Positions 1 through 10,026 are shown, numbered from the stretch's first letter. The stretch: 34,329 bases of DNA from Candidatus Micrarchaeota archaeon (GCA_043810635.1 JBDRNY010000022.1:1-34329); one strand, 5' to 3'. Notes: generated from the letters alone by a model not told the origin. Program-made: numbers and translations.

Positions 1-549
1 CACTACTCCTGCTTCTTCGGGTTCTGGGGCGATAGCTTCAGTGTCTTTTGTAGTGTCTGGAGGTTCAGTAGTTGTTTTCTTAGTAGTGGTACCAACATTA
101 TCGCTCAATTCAAACAAGGTTATATAGCTGCCTTTCTGGAACATACTATCACCTGCTTTTATAGCCACTATTTCCGCATCCACAGGTATTTCCAGAAACT
201 TGCAATCAACTGTCTTTTCAATACCTGGATTTATCAGCATAGAGCATAAGAAAGGGTTTGCTTCATAGTTCCTGCCATTAGAATCTGTTATGAACATGGC
301 GCCTCCAGGACTGTCTTTTTCTGCGCCATCGTTCAACACAGTGAATGTAACAGTAATATCTTTCTCACCACCGCTAATACTTTCCCGATATTTATCAAGC
401 TGAATTGTAAAATCCCCGTATTTCACAGTTTTTCCATAATACTTCTCATACGGGTCTGCTTTTGCACTATTAGATACAGTTTGAGAACAGCAACCTGCTA
501 AAAATAGCATACCTATAACAAACAAGCTTGTTAAGAATACGTGCTTCAC
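1..549 (-). CDS. Secreted lipoprotein, Ig-like/DUF4352-like domain followed by a Thr/Pro/Glu-rich linker (runs off window start)
   Basis: Not in the ORF track. Manual translation from GTG at 549 (SD GAGGTGG upstream): MKHVFLTSLFVIGMLFLAGCCSQ... with lipobox LAGC; VTFTVLNDG...ITDSNGRNY...INPG pattern; open to base 1. Confidence 0.75.
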   Translation of the reverse strand, partial: MKHVFLTSLFVIGMLFLAGCCSQTVSNSAKADPYEKYYGKTVKYGDFTIQLDKYRESISGGEKDITVTFTVLNDGAEKDSPGGAMFITDSNGRNYEANPFLCSMLINPGIEKTVDCKFLEIPVDAEIVAIKAGDSMFQKGSYITLFELSDNVGTTTKKTTTEPPDTTKDTEAIAPEPEEAGVV

Positions 550-589
550 ATAACCACCTCTCAATTCGATACTAACTATATTCTTTTAT

Positions 590-650
590 ACTTTGATATA
601 ACATAGTATATTATCTATATATAAAACCTTTGCTCAAGTTATACCAAAGT
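590..650. promoter_or_regulatory. Inverted repeat flanking divergent TATA region; candidate operator
   Basis: ACTTTGATATAAC (590-602) and GTTATACCAAAGT (638-650) are 12/13 reverse complements. Confidence 0.45.
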
Positions 651-654
651 TCAT

Positions 655-1011
655 TTGAAAGGACTGGTGAATGATTTGGGCAGAGAATTTAAGCTGATAA
701 ACATGCTGCTTGCAGAAGGGGCTCTTGAGATATTAGAATGTATTGAGGAGTTGGAAGTAGCCAGATTTGGCGATTTCAAGAGGCTTAGGAATGGCAGGAC
801 TGGAAAGGTATTTTCTGCAAACACTTTATCTTCAAGGCTAAAGGAGCTTGCTTCTTCTGGGGCGATTGATAATACTGTTATTGAATCCAGAAAACAAAGA
901 AAAGTTGTAGGATACAAAATTACTGCAAATGGAAAGAAGGCACTGAGATTGGCTATCAAATATGAAAATGAGCTGGAGAAAATTCTAAAACCAAACAAGA
1001 TAGGAGAATAG
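655..1011 (+). CDS. HxlR-like winged-helix transcriptional regulator
   Basis: RFGDF...SANTLSSRLKELASSGAI...VGYKITANGK pattern; start may be ATG at 703 rather than TTG at 655. Confidence 0.8.
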   Translation: MKGLVNDLGREFKLINMLLAEGALEILECIEELEVARFGDFKRLRNGRTGKVFSANTLSSRLKELASSGAIDNTVIESRKQRKVVGYKITANGKKALRLAIKYENELEKILKPNKIGE

Positions 1012-1064
1012 CTGGAAGAGCATTGCAGAAAGTTCTAAGAATGCGACCAAAGACAGGTCTTTTA

Positions 1065-1640
1065 CTATATCAATTTCCCATCCCTGTATTGTATGCTTCC
1101 GTGCCCCGGGCATAAAATTTCCCATGGAAGCTTTTCCAGTTTTTCCAGTGAATTCTGCATTTGCTCATCACTGCCCCCTAAATCTGTGCGCCCGTATCCA
1201 TTATCTGCAAATTTAGTATCCCCTGAAAAAAGAAATTTTGATTTTGGCTCAAAAATGCACAATCCTCCGGAAGTATGTCCGGGGATGTGTATTAATTTCA
1301 ATTCAAGGGAGCCGAATTTGAATTTATTTTCACTGATTTTTTTGGCATTTGATGGAATTTTTACATAAGGAAGTGAAGAATCCTCTTTTTCATGTACAAA
1401 TACTTCAGGCCAATTATCTTTTACCCCGCTCGTATGGTCATAATGTCCGTGTGTGAGAATGCAGACATCTGGAATAAATGAAAGCTCATCCTGCCCGTCT
1501 CCGGAATCAATCAGCAATTTTTTGCCTTCATTTATTACAATATACCTTGTGGAGCATGTGCGTTCATCAATTCTTAAAAATAGGAAATTTGGATAATTTT
1601 TGTCAATTAATTTGAAATCATCAATATTTATTTTTTCCAT
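1065..1640 (-). CDS. MBL-fold metallo-hydrolase (glyoxalase II-like)
   Basis: THGHYDH, PGHT, FSGDT, PGHG motifs. Confidence 0.9.
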   Translation of the reverse strand: MEKINIDDFKLIDKNYPNFLFLRIDERTCSTRYIVINEGKKLLIDSGDGQDELSFIPDVCILTHGHYDHTSGVKDNWPEVFVHEKEDSSLPYVKIPSNAKKISENKFKFGSLELKLIHIPGHTSGGLCIFEPKSKFLFSGDTKFADNGYGRTDLGGSDEQMQNSLEKLEKLPWEILCPGHGSIQYRDGKLI

Positions 1641-1649
1641 AAAAATACC

Positions 1650-2486
1650 TTAAATTTTTATTGCAAATTTTCCTGAAGGAAGCATTGATGCAATTTCATC
1701 TGCTTTTGCACTTAAGTATGAAGACAACTGCTTTGCTGCTTCCTCTTTTTCCACTCCTCCGGGCGAGAGGAGAATTTGTTTTGATAATTTAATTGGATGG
1801 ATTGCGGGCAATACAATAATTTCATTTTCAAATATTCCGATTTTCAATTTTAATTCGGTTTTTTTAAACCATTTTCTTTCCCCTTCTATTGCAAATGCCC
1901 CCCTTCCGATATATCCTCCCTGCGCATGCTTGCTTACCTGCCCTTCTTCAACAGCATAAACATCAACACCTGCCGCGCCTATTTTCCATGCAGAGGAGTA
2001 GGAAGCAGCCCATTGCGCGGCTTCTTTTAATTCTTCCTCATTCGCATCTTTCCCGTTTTTCAAAATTACTGCAGGCGCCCCTTGTATATCTGCATGAAAA
2101 AACAAATCATTTTCAAAAAAATGCCTTGAATATAATTCATCATTCTGCTTTGCATTTTTTCCTGCAACAGCATATTTCCCTGCTGAAGAAAGGAAGGCAT
2201 GAAATGCGTTCCACCAATGCTTTTTCTTCTTTTTTCCTTTTCCCTCGCCTTTCATTTTAGCTTTTCCTAAAATTCCCTTTTCTTCTTCCCGCCCGCCTTT
2301 TCCTTTTATTTCAATTTCCAATTTCGCTTTTCCTTCTTCTGCCTTCTGCTCGCGTTCAATTTCGCTTTCAGTTTGTTTTATCGCCCCAATCATTCCTTTC
2401 CTTTTTTCCTTTAAAGTGCGGAGCCGGTCATACACTTCTGTAAGGTTTTTTCTGGCGGTTTTTTTCAGGTTGAATTCAATATCCAT
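1650..2486 (-). CDS. NFACT RNA-binding domain protein (short Rqc2/DUF814-like)
   Basis: WWNAFHAFLSS...AGKNAKQND...FFHADIQGAP...YSSAWK...GAFAIEGER motifs. Confidence 0.85.
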   Translation of the reverse strand: MDIEFNLKKTARKNLTEVYDRLRTLKEKRKGMIGAIKQTESEIEREQKAEEGKAKLEIEIKGKGGREEEKGILGKAKMKGEGKGKKKKKHWWNAFHAFLSSAGKYAVAGKNAKQNDELYSRHFFENDLFFHADIQGAPAVILKNGKDANEEELKEAAQWAASYSSAWKIGAAGVDVYAVEEGQVSKHAQGGYIGRGAFAIEGERKWFKKTELKLKIGIFENEIIVLPAIHPIKLSKQILLSPGGVEKEEAAKQLSSYLSAKADEIASMLPSGKFAIKI

Positions 2487-2537
2487 GGATAAAATTGAAA
2501 TATTAAACGTTAAATAGGTGCGCGGGCTATCTGAAGT

Positions 2538-3980
2538 ATGGCAAAACTGTGCAAAATAGTGATGATGGTTGTTCTTCTGCTTCCAATGCTTTTTTCAGGC
2601 ACTTGTGATATAAGTGCGGTGGAAAAATATATTGAGCCGAATATGTCATGCTATACAAATGAATTCAGCACACCTACCCAGCAATTTGCAATTGTGATAA
2701 TAGAGGGAAATGAAACATTTTTGGTAAATAATGAGGAGGGCAGGATATTGGAAAATGAGAAGGAAATAGAGGATGCACTTGTAAGAAACATAGTTTTTTC
2801 AGCCGGATATCAGGCAGCTTATGACAGAACTGATGAAGCGGTTGAAAATTTGCATAATAACAAAACAATTAGCAAGGAACTATGCTATCGCATGACAGGC
2901 ATGGACAGGCATCCCTGTGATGATAAGGAAACATGTATTTTTGCGGCACTGTCCACCCCGATTTCTTCCTCAGCATTGTATGGTCAAGGGTTTTGGGAAA
3001 GCATGCTTGCATATAAGCATAATTGTGAAAATTTGCAGGGAGGAATTGACAAAATGAAATATTTGCTTGCAAATAAAAAAGAGGAATCCGGATATGCAAA
3101 AGAAATGGCGGGCAATATTTCAGAAATTATTGAATTGTCGGAAAAATTTGAAGATAATGCGCTTTTGCTTACTATTGCGGATGAGAATTGCACCGGGCTG
3201 GGGGCAAGAACATGTTTTGAATACTGCCCGAAACTGAATTGGAGCGTGCAGCAGGGGGAATGGGATGGAATACACAATACATGGATAACAATAGAGTTTC
3301 AGCTTGAAGATATTGAATTTCAGAGCGGTAGGGCAATGGAAATACTGCTCAGGACAAGGGAATGGAAAGAGTATAGTGAAAGCAAATACAGTATATGGAA
3401 TAATGCAAAAGGGGAATTGGGAAGTATAAAATTAAATGTCAGCGCCTCGCTTAGCACTGAAAACGCCCTTCTTGTAAATGACAGCACGCTTGAGGAGGAA
3501 TATGCGCAATGGCTGTTGGGCGTGGATGAAACTACTGAGCTTGCAAAAAGCGGGGAAGTTTACAATGCTTTGAAAAGAAAAAGAGAATTGGAAGCAGGGG
3601 CTGAAAATATTATTGAAAAAAGCTGGCAAAATTCGCAAAAAGTGCAGAATATAAGGAATAGCATTGAAAATGCAAACAAAACAATTGCAAAATTGGATAA
3701 TTCGAATGAAAGCGTGGAATTGCGGGGGGAATATGAAGAATTTGTTGAAAGTGTGGAATATCCGATAAATGCAAGCGGGTTGGACGGGATGGAGAATAGG
3801 GCGGAAGAAATTGAGGAGGGGGCGCTTATTTTGCTTGGAAAAAGCCAAATTACCCCTGTGCAAAACCAGACGCAGAATGCAACTGTCGGGGGGAATGGGA
3901 AGGGGCAAAAAGATGTTGTAAGCAAAATAAGCGATGCAATTGCGCAGATAATTGAAGCAATAATGTCATTATTCGGATAG
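2538..3980 (+). CDS. Secreted/surface hypothetical protein, Cys-rich N-half, coiled-coil C-half
   Basis: 480-aa ORF with N-terminal signal peptide, clustered Cys, NQT/NAT sequons and an amphipathic C-terminal helix. Confidence 0.7.
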   Translation: MAKLCKIVMMVVLLLPMLFSGTCDISAVEKYIEPNMSCYTNEFSTPTQQFAIVIIEGNETFLVNNEEGRILENEKEIEDALVRNIVFSAGYQAAYDRTDEAVENLHNNKTISKELCYRMTGMDRHPCDDKETCIFAALSTPISSSALYGQGFWESMLAYKHNCENLQGGIDKMKYLLANKKEESGYAKEMAGNISEIIELSEKFEDNALLLTIADENCTGLGARTCFEYCPKLNWSVQQGEWDGIHNTWITIEFQLEDIEFQSGRAMEILLRTREWKEYSESKYSIWNNAKGELGSIKLNVSASLSTENALLVNDSTLEEEYAQWLLGVDETTELAKSGEVYNALKRKRELEAGAENIIEKSWQNSQKVQNIRNSIENANKTIAKLDNSNESVELRGEYEEFVESVEYPINASGLDGMENRAEEIEEGALILLGKSQITPVQNQTQNATVGGNGKGQKDVVSKISDAIAQIIEAIMSLFG

Positions 3981-3988
3981 GGGATTTG

Positions 3989-4402
3989 ATGGAAGATAAA
4001 AAAGTTCAGCCAATAATAATTGACACGAATTTCTGGCTTCTTCCATTTGAAATGAGGGTGGATTTAATTGAAGGGCTTGAAAGGCTTATGGAATATTCCC
4101 CTATTTGCATGCTTGTGCCCTCTTCGGTGCATGATGAATTGAAAATGATGGCGGGCGAGAAAACAAAAATGAAAAATAAAAGGGCTGCAAAAGCTGCTCT
4201 TGATATGATTGAAAAATTTGTAAAAGAGGGAAAGGCTGAAATTGTTGAAGCAAAGGGAGTGCCTGACGAGGAAATCGTTTTTCTTGCAATGAAGAAGAAA
4301 GCCTGGGTGGCGACAAATGATATGGAATTGAGGGAAAAGCTGAAAAAGAGGAAAATAAGGACGATAATATTAAAAGACAGACATAACATTGCATTTGCAT
4401 AA
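3989..4402 (+). CDS. PIN-domain protein (Fcf1/Utp24-like)
   Basis: IIIDTNF, VHDEL, PDEEI, VATND acidic tetrad. Confidence 0.85.
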   Translation: MEDKKVQPIIIDTNFWLLPFEMRVDLIEGLERLMEYSPICMLVPSSVHDELKMMAGEKTKMKNKRAAKAALDMIEKFVKEGKAEIVEAKGVPDEEIVFLAMKKKAWVATNDMELREKLKKRKIRTIILKDRHNIAFA

Positions 4403-4460
4403 ATTTTTAAATTAACAAAAATGATATCTAATATTCTTGAGAGTGAGATGAGGTGAAGTG

Positions 4461-6497
4461 ATGGAAGTTGATGCTGCTGTGCTTTATTTTGCGCCATTTA
4501 TTGCAATACTTGCGCTATTATACGGATTTTTTGTTGCAAGAAAGGTGCTTATGCAATCCCCCGGAACAGAGAAAATGCAAAAAATCGCAAAATCAATAAA
4601 AGATGGGGCAGATGCCTACCTTTCAAGGCAATTTAAAACAATAATAATTCCGGTAATAATTGTTGCAATAGTGCTCGGCATATTTATTTCGCCTTTTGTT
4701 GCGGGCGCGTTTATTTTGGGAGCAATACTTTCGGGATTGGCAGGATATATTGGAATGTATTTGGCTGTGAGGGGAAATGTGCGCACTGCAAATGCATCCA
4801 AAAAATCGCTTAATAGTGCATTGCAAACTGCGTTTAAAGCTGGTTCGATAAACGGATTGGCTGTTGTAGGATTGGGGTTGCTTGGGGTGTCGGCAGTATT
4901 TTTGGCAGCATATTTCATATTTTTCAATAAAGTGGAAGAAGAGAGCTTTATCGGCTTGGTTACAAGCGCGCTTATAGGATTTGGGTTTGGAGCTAATTTG
5001 CTTGCATTGTTTATGAGAGTTGGAGGGGGAATTTTTACAAAAGCCGCAGATGTTGGGGCGGATTTGGTCGGAAAAGTGGAAGCAGGAATACCTGAAGATG
5101 ACCCGCGAAACCCTGCAACGATTGCAGATAATGTCGGGGATAATGTAGGTGATTGCGCCGGAATGGGCGCTGATGTATTTGAATCTTATACTATTGCAGT
5201 AATTGCTGCAATGATATTGGGGGGAATGGTTGCAGGATTGGCAGGAGTGGTATTTCCCCTTCTTTTGCATGCTGGAGGAATAATTGCCTCTATTTTAGGA
5301 AGCAGGATTGTGAAGGTGAGGAGTGAGAAGGAAAATCCGATGAATGCTTTGAATAGGGGCTTTTGGGCTTCATCAATTCTTGCCGCAATAATATTCGGCG
5401 CAATTTCGTTTGCAGTGCTTGATGCAAAAAGCGCGCCGCTTGCATTTGGAGCAACTGTGGTTGGATTGATTGCAACAATTTTGATTGCAAAAATAACAGA
5501 ATATTACACAGGCACAGAATATTCGCCTGTAAAAAGCATAAGAAATGCATCCCGCACAGGCGCAGGCACAAACATAATAGCAGGGCTTGGAGTGGGAATG
5601 CAATCCTCTGTAGCGCTTGCATTGGTAATTGCTGCCGCAATCGGCGCTGGATATTATTTATTCGGATTTTACGGAGTTGCATTAGTTGGATTGGGCATTT
5701 TGGGCACAACTGGCTTTTTGATGGCAATGGACACATTCGGCCCTATTGCAGATAATGCAGGGGGCATTGGGGAAATGTCAAAACTTGACAAAGATGCAAG
5801 AAAAAGATTGGATGTACTTGATGCTGTTGGCAATACTACAAAAGCATTAACAAAAGGGTTTGCAATAGGCTCGGCTGCACTGGCTGCTGTTGCATTGTTT
5901 TCAACATATATTGAAGAAGCAAATTTGGAGGCAATCAATATTGCAAATCCGCTTGTATTTATTGGATTAATAATTGGCGTATGCGTGCCATTTCTTTTTT
6001 CCTCCCTTACCATACTTTCGGTTGGAAAAGCTGCATCAGAAATTGTGCATGAAGTGAGGAGGCAATTTAAGGATGGAAAAATAATGAAAGGGGAAAAAGA
6101 GCCGGATTATGCAAAATGCGTTGATATTTCCACTTCTGCCGCATTGCGGGAATTAATCGGGCCTGCAATGCTTGCAATAGGCACCCCAATATTAGTGGGG
6201 GTGTTTCTTGGGCTGGAAGCGCTTGGAGGATTTTTAGGAGGAGCTATAGGTGCAGGATTGCTTATGGCAGTATTTCAGATAAATGCAGGAGGGGCATGGG
6301 ATAATGCCAAAAAGCTTATTGAATCAACCGGAAAGAAGGGAAGTGATGAGCATAAAGCTGCAATTGTCGGAGATACTGTGGGAGATCCGCTCAAAGATAC
6401 TTCTGGGCCGGCGATAAATCCGCTTCTGAAAGTTGCAAATATTGTTTCAATTATATTGGCTGGATTGCTTGCAGGAAAAGGCTTGGGGCTGGCATAA
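4461..6497 (+). CDS. hppA: Membrane-bound proton-translocating pyrophosphatase, K+-independent signature
   Basis: GGGIFTKAADVGADLVGKVEAGIPEDDPRNPATIADNVGDNVGD, GNTTKA, GGAWDNAKK, GDTVGDPLKDTSGP; SD GAGGTGA. Confidence 0.97.
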   Translation: MEVDAAVLYFAPFIAILALLYGFFVARKVLMQSPGTEKMQKIAKSIKDGADAYLSRQFKTIIIPVIIVAIVLGIFISPFVAGAFILGAILSGLAGYIGMYLAVRGNVRTANASKKSLNSALQTAFKAGSINGLAVVGLGLLGVSAVFLAAYFIFFNKVEEESFIGLVTSALIGFGFGANLLALFMRVGGGIFTKAADVGADLVGKVEAGIPEDDPRNPATIADNVGDNVGDCAGMGADVFESYTIAVIAAMILGGMVAGLAGVVFPLLLHAGGIIASILGSRIVKVRSEKENPMNALNRGFWASSILAAIIFGAISFAVLDAKSAPLAFGATVVGLIATILIAKITEYYTGTEYSPVKSIRNASRTGAGTNIIAGLGVGMQSSVALALVIAAAIGAGYYLFGFYGVALVGLGILGTTGFLMAMDTFGPIADNAGGIGEMSKLDKDARKRLDVLDAVGNTTKALTKGFAIGSAALAAVALFSTYIEEANLEAINIANPLVFIGLIIGVCVPFLFSSLTILSVGKAASEIVHEVRRQFKDGKIMKGEKEPDYAKCVDISTSAALRELIGPAMLAIGTPILVGVFLGLEALGGFLGGAIGAGLLMAVFQINAGGAWDNAKKLIESTGKKGSDEHKAAIVGDTVGDPLKDTSGPAINPLLKVANIVSIILAGLLAGKGLGLA

Positions 6498-6543
6498 TTC
6501 CGCAAGGAATTTGTAGACAAATCCATAAGGATTTGCTGATGGC

Positions 6544-7275
6544 TCAGAGGGGGCGCACAAATTCCATTTCTTTTTCGCTTCTCCAAACTTCCAAAGTGCA
6601 TCTTCTTTTTACAGGCACTTCAAACTGCCCGTCAACAACTGCGCCTGCATCGCATGTGGAATCAACTATTGCTTTTGAATGCATGTCTTTTCCGACTATT
6701 GTTGGCAAAAATGCGCGCCTGAAGGGAGCTATTGCAACAATTTGATATTTTTTTGAAAGCGGGGGCATTTCCTCCCCTCCGCAAGAGTATGCATAGGCGC
6801 GCGAGCCAGTTGCAGTTGAAAACATCAGCCCGTCCGCCTGAAATACATGCTTTTTTTTGTCTACAAAAAGGCGCAAATCCAAAATGCGGTGAAGCCGGTT
6901 TCTTACAACAACCTCATTTAATGCGTTAGGAAGCCTTTTTTTGTCAAGGGAGGAGGAAAGCATTGCCCTCTTTTCAATTTTAAATCCGTTTTTCACTATT
7001 CCCCCAAGATACTCTTTCCATTTTTCATGGATTGTGTTGCAAATATGGCTTGATTTTGACCCTATTGCAATTATCGGCTTTTCATAATAATTTTTATAAT
7101 AAAGAACTGTGCCGTCTCCCCCGACAGTAATTATTGTTTGTGCATCTTCCGGCGGAAGAATATCAATTTTGTGGGAGGAAAGGAATTTTGGAATTTCCTG
7201 TGCAAGCTTTCTTGCAAATCCCTTTCTTTTGTTTATAACAATTCCAACAGAAGCAAGTTTCATATCCATCATCAA
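6544..7275 (-). CDS. nadK: NAD kinase
   Basis: GGDGT, LNE, DGLMFSTATGSRAYAYSCGG, VDG motifs. Confidence 0.9.
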   Translation of the reverse strand: MMMDMKLASVGIVINKRKGFARKLAQEIPKFLSSHKIDILPPEDAQTIITVGGDGTVLYYKNYYEKPIIAIGSKSSHICNTIHEKWKEYLGGIVKNGFKIEKRAMLSSSLDKKRLPNALNEVVVRNRLHRILDLRLFVDKKKHVFQADGLMFSTATGSRAYAYSCGGEEMPPLSKKYQIVAIAPFRRAFLPTIVGKDMHSKAIVDSTCDAGAVVDGQFEVPVKRRCTLEVWRSEKEMEFVRPL

Positions 7276-7988
7276 TTGTTTACAATTGTTATCGGAAGGG
7301 TGAATGTTTCATTTGGAAGGTCGGAGTCAGGGGCGGGTATAGCTGTTATGTTAAAGTGGCCGGTTCTTATTCCAGGGGGGTAGCCAGAAATGGTTAAATT
7401 TCCAGTAACGCTTTCCCCGCTTCCAAGAGAGGTGGTGCCCTCTTCATCATATGAGCATATTGAGCATTCAAGGGTTTGGGTTATTGTGTAAGAAACATTT
7501 GCCCTGTTTTGTATTGTCAAGCCATAGCTTTGCGAGCTTGAATTAAAATAAAATCCGGTTCTTGAAATTGAAACCATTCCTGCGGGGCGTATTAATACAT
7601 GGGTGCCGTTGTGATGTATAGAAGCGCGAAAGGTGCCTGTCTGGTTTGGCCAGCTTCCCGAAACATTGAAAGGAAGCACAGCAAAAGCATCTCCAAAATT
7701 CCGCACATGAAGGCTTAGGGTATGGTTTGCAATAGAGCTGTTTTCCAATATAACCGATACTGGAATGTCCAGCATATATTCCTGGTGCGCTCCTGGCCCT
7801 TGCGCCCAAACATCTCTTGCCCCTGCAGAAAGGATTGAAACTACGTGGTTTGATTGCGCATATTGCTCATGCAATGCCTCCTGGGCATATATGCCATTGA
7901 ATATAACTACTAGAACGATGAGTATGATGAGCATGGCTGCCATTACAACAGTATATTCCATGCTTACCTGGCCTTTGCTTTTTCCCAT
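7272..7988 (-). CDS. Class III signal peptide (type IV pilin-like) protein
   Basis: MGKSKG/QVSMEY followed by a hydrophobic helix; many N-x-S/T sequons. Confidence 0.8.
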   Translation of the reverse strand: MGKSKGQVSMEYTVVMAAMLIILIVLVVIFNGIYAQEALHEQYAQSNHVVSILSAGARDVWAQGPGAHQEYMLDIPVSVILENSSIANHTLSLHVRNFGDAFAVLPFNVSGSWPNQTGTFRASIHHNGTHVLIRPAGMVSISRTGFYFNSSSQSYGLTIQNRANVSYTITQTLECSICSYDEEGTTSLGSGESVTGNLTISGYPPGIRTGHFNITAIPAPDSDLPNETFTLPITIVNN

Positions 7989-8040
7989 GTTTAATCCATA
8001 GCAAGGACTGTTTTAAAGTCTGCTGGAAAAATGGAATATA

Positions 8041-8652
8041 ATGCAATTAACAACAATACCCCCGAACGGGCCTGCTGTTTTGCTCTCTCTGGCGCACCTG
8101 AAAAGCGGGGGAGTGGTATGCTATCCAACAGATACATTGTATGGTATTGGGGGGGATGCACAAAATATTGATGCTGTGAAGAAAATATTCGATATAAAAG
8201 GAGGGGGGAAGGGGAGGCCTTTTTCAGTGTTGTTTGCAGACTGGGAAACGGCATTGGAATATGTGAAAATTGAAATAGATGTTGGGGAGGAATTGAAAAA
8301 AATAACCCCGGGCCCTTATACATTTCTTTTTCCTGCAAAAAAACCATTGCCTGCCGCACCGGGTGAATTGCTTGGGTGCAGGGTGCCGGATAATAGATTC
8401 TGCCTTGAGCTTGCAAAGAAATTTAAAAAGCCGATTATAAGTACAAGCGCAAATTTGCACAGAGGGCGCCCTCCTGCAAGCATTGAAGAGGTTGATGTGA
8501 AAGTGAGCGGAAAGGTTGATTTGGTAATTGACGGGGGAATTTGCAAATATGGGGAAGGATCTACTATAATTGATGTTGGGAATAGGAAAATACTTAGGAA
8601 AGGGGCTGGATTGGAAAAAGCGAGAGAATGGCTTGAAAAACTGGATGTTTAG
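8041..8652 (+). CDS. tsaC: Threonylcarbamoyl-AMP synthase (YrdC/TsaC, no SUA5 C-terminal domain)
   Basis: YPTDTLYGIG, PGPYTF, STSANL, STIID, RKGA. Confidence 0.9.
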   Translation: MQLTTIPPNGPAVLLSLAHLKSGGVVCYPTDTLYGIGGDAQNIDAVKKIFDIKGGGKGRPFSVLFADWETALEYVKIEIDVGEELKKITPGPYTFLFPAKKPLPAAPGELLGCRVPDNRFCLELAKKFKKPIISTSANLHRGRPPASIEEVDVKVSGKVDLVIDGGICKYGEGSTIIDVGNRKILRKGAGLEKAREWLEKLDV

Positions 8653-8661
8653 TGAAGTGAA

Positions 8662-9300
8662 ATGAAAAAAACAGAAAAAATGTTATTTGCTGCAAATGGA
8701 ATAGAAATTTTGCTTGTCGTACCAGATAATGTTTATTTGCCCTCGGATGATACGCAAATGCTTGCAGAAAGCGCGCTAAAAGAGTGTGAGGGGGAGGTAA
8801 TTGAAATTGGGTGCGGAAGCGGGGCGGTTAGCATAATATTGGCAAAAGAAGGAAAATGCAGAAAAATAATTGCAATGGATATTAATGGAGAAGCAATAAA
8901 AGCTGCAAAAAATAATGCAAAATTAAATAACGTAAGTAAAACAGAAATAGAATTTGCAGACTCTGATTTGTTTGAAAATATTTCGAAGAATGGGAAATTT
9001 GATTATATTTTGTTCAACCCCCCTTATTTGCCTACAACAAAGAAAGAGAAAATAGAGGGAAAATTAAATTTTGCATTTGACGGAGGAAAGTATGGAGTTG
9101 ATGTAATTGAAAAATTTTTAAAAGAAGCAAAGAAGCATTTGAAAAAAGACGGGAAAATATTGATGGTGGGGAGTTTGCTTCAGCCGAATGGGAAAATTAA
9201 GAAAATAATGCAAAAAAACTGTTTGAAAAAAGAAATAATTGCAACAAAAAGCTTTTTCTTTGAAAAGCTGTATGTATATAGAATAACAACTCAAAGGTAA
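8662..9300 (+). CDS. HemK2/PrmC-like SAM-dependent methyltransferase
   Basis: VYLPSDDT, EIGCGSG, FNPPYLP, GGKYG, FFFEKL. Confidence 0.9.
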   Translation: MKKTEKMLFAANGIEILLVVPDNVYLPSDDTQMLAESALKECEGEVIEIGCGSGAVSIILAKEGKCRKIIAMDINGEAIKAAKNNAKLNNVSKTEIEFADSDLFENISKNGKFDYILFNPPYLPTTKKEKIEGKLNFAFDGGKYGVDVIEKFLKEAKKHLKKDGKILMVGSLLQPNGKIKKIMQKNCLKKEIIATKSFFFEKLYVYRITTQR

Positions 9301-9305
9301 GTGAT

Positions 9306-10016
9306 ATGGCAAAATTCAGATTTGTATTGGTTGAGCCGGAATATGAGGCAAATTTGGGCGCTGCTGCAAGGTTGATGAAAAATTTCGGGCAGAAGCAAAT
9401 GTATTTGGTAAATCCGGATTGTTATATCGGCTTTACTGCAAAAATGCATGCAAAGCATGCATTAAATATATTGAAAAAAGCAAAAATTTGCAAATCTGTT
9501 AAAGAGGCTGTGAAAGGGTGCTCGATGGTTGTTGGCACTACGGGAATAATGAGAAGGCACAAGAATGTATTGAGGCATCCGCTTACATCGGAGCAATTTA
9601 GGAAAAAAATAGAAGGAAAGGAAATTAAGGGCGAAATTGCTGTTTTGTTTGGAAGGGAAGGAATTGGCTTGAATGAAAAAGAAATTGAATCTTGTGATTT
9701 GCTTATTACAATACCTACAAGCGCAAAATACACTGTAATGAATATTACTCATGCAATGGCAATTGTTTTGTATGTGTTATGCGCACAAGAGAAGAGAGTA
9801 AGGAAAGTGTCAAAACGCTCAGATGCTGGCGAAAGAAAGCAGTTGATAAAAACAATTGAGGAATTGGTGGGGAGGTATGAAGGGAAATTGAGGAATGTTA
9901 GAAAAGCAAAAATTGCATTTAAGAGGGTTATTGGAAGAGCTGTGCCTGATGAGGTGGAAGTAAGGGCAATGCTTTCTGTATTAAAGCATGTGCAAAAAGA
10001 ATTGAAAGAAAAGTAA
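9306..10016 (+). CDS. trmJ: TrmJ/LasT-family SPOUT tRNA methyltransferase
   Basis: VLVEPEYEANLGAAARLMKNFG, FGREGIGL, MNITHA. Confidence 0.88.
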   Translation: MAKFRFVLVEPEYEANLGAAARLMKNFGQKQMYLVNPDCYIGFTAKMHAKHALNILKKAKICKSVKEAVKGCSMVVGTTGIMRRHKNVLRHPLTSEQFRKKIEGKEIKGEIAVLFGREGIGLNEKEIESCDLLITIPTSAKYTVMNITHAMAIVLYVLCAQEKRVRKVSKRSDAGERKQLIKTIEELVGRYEGKLRNVRKAKIAFKRVIGRAVPDEVEVRAMLSVLKHVQKELKEK

Positions 10017-10026
10017 ATCCTGATAT

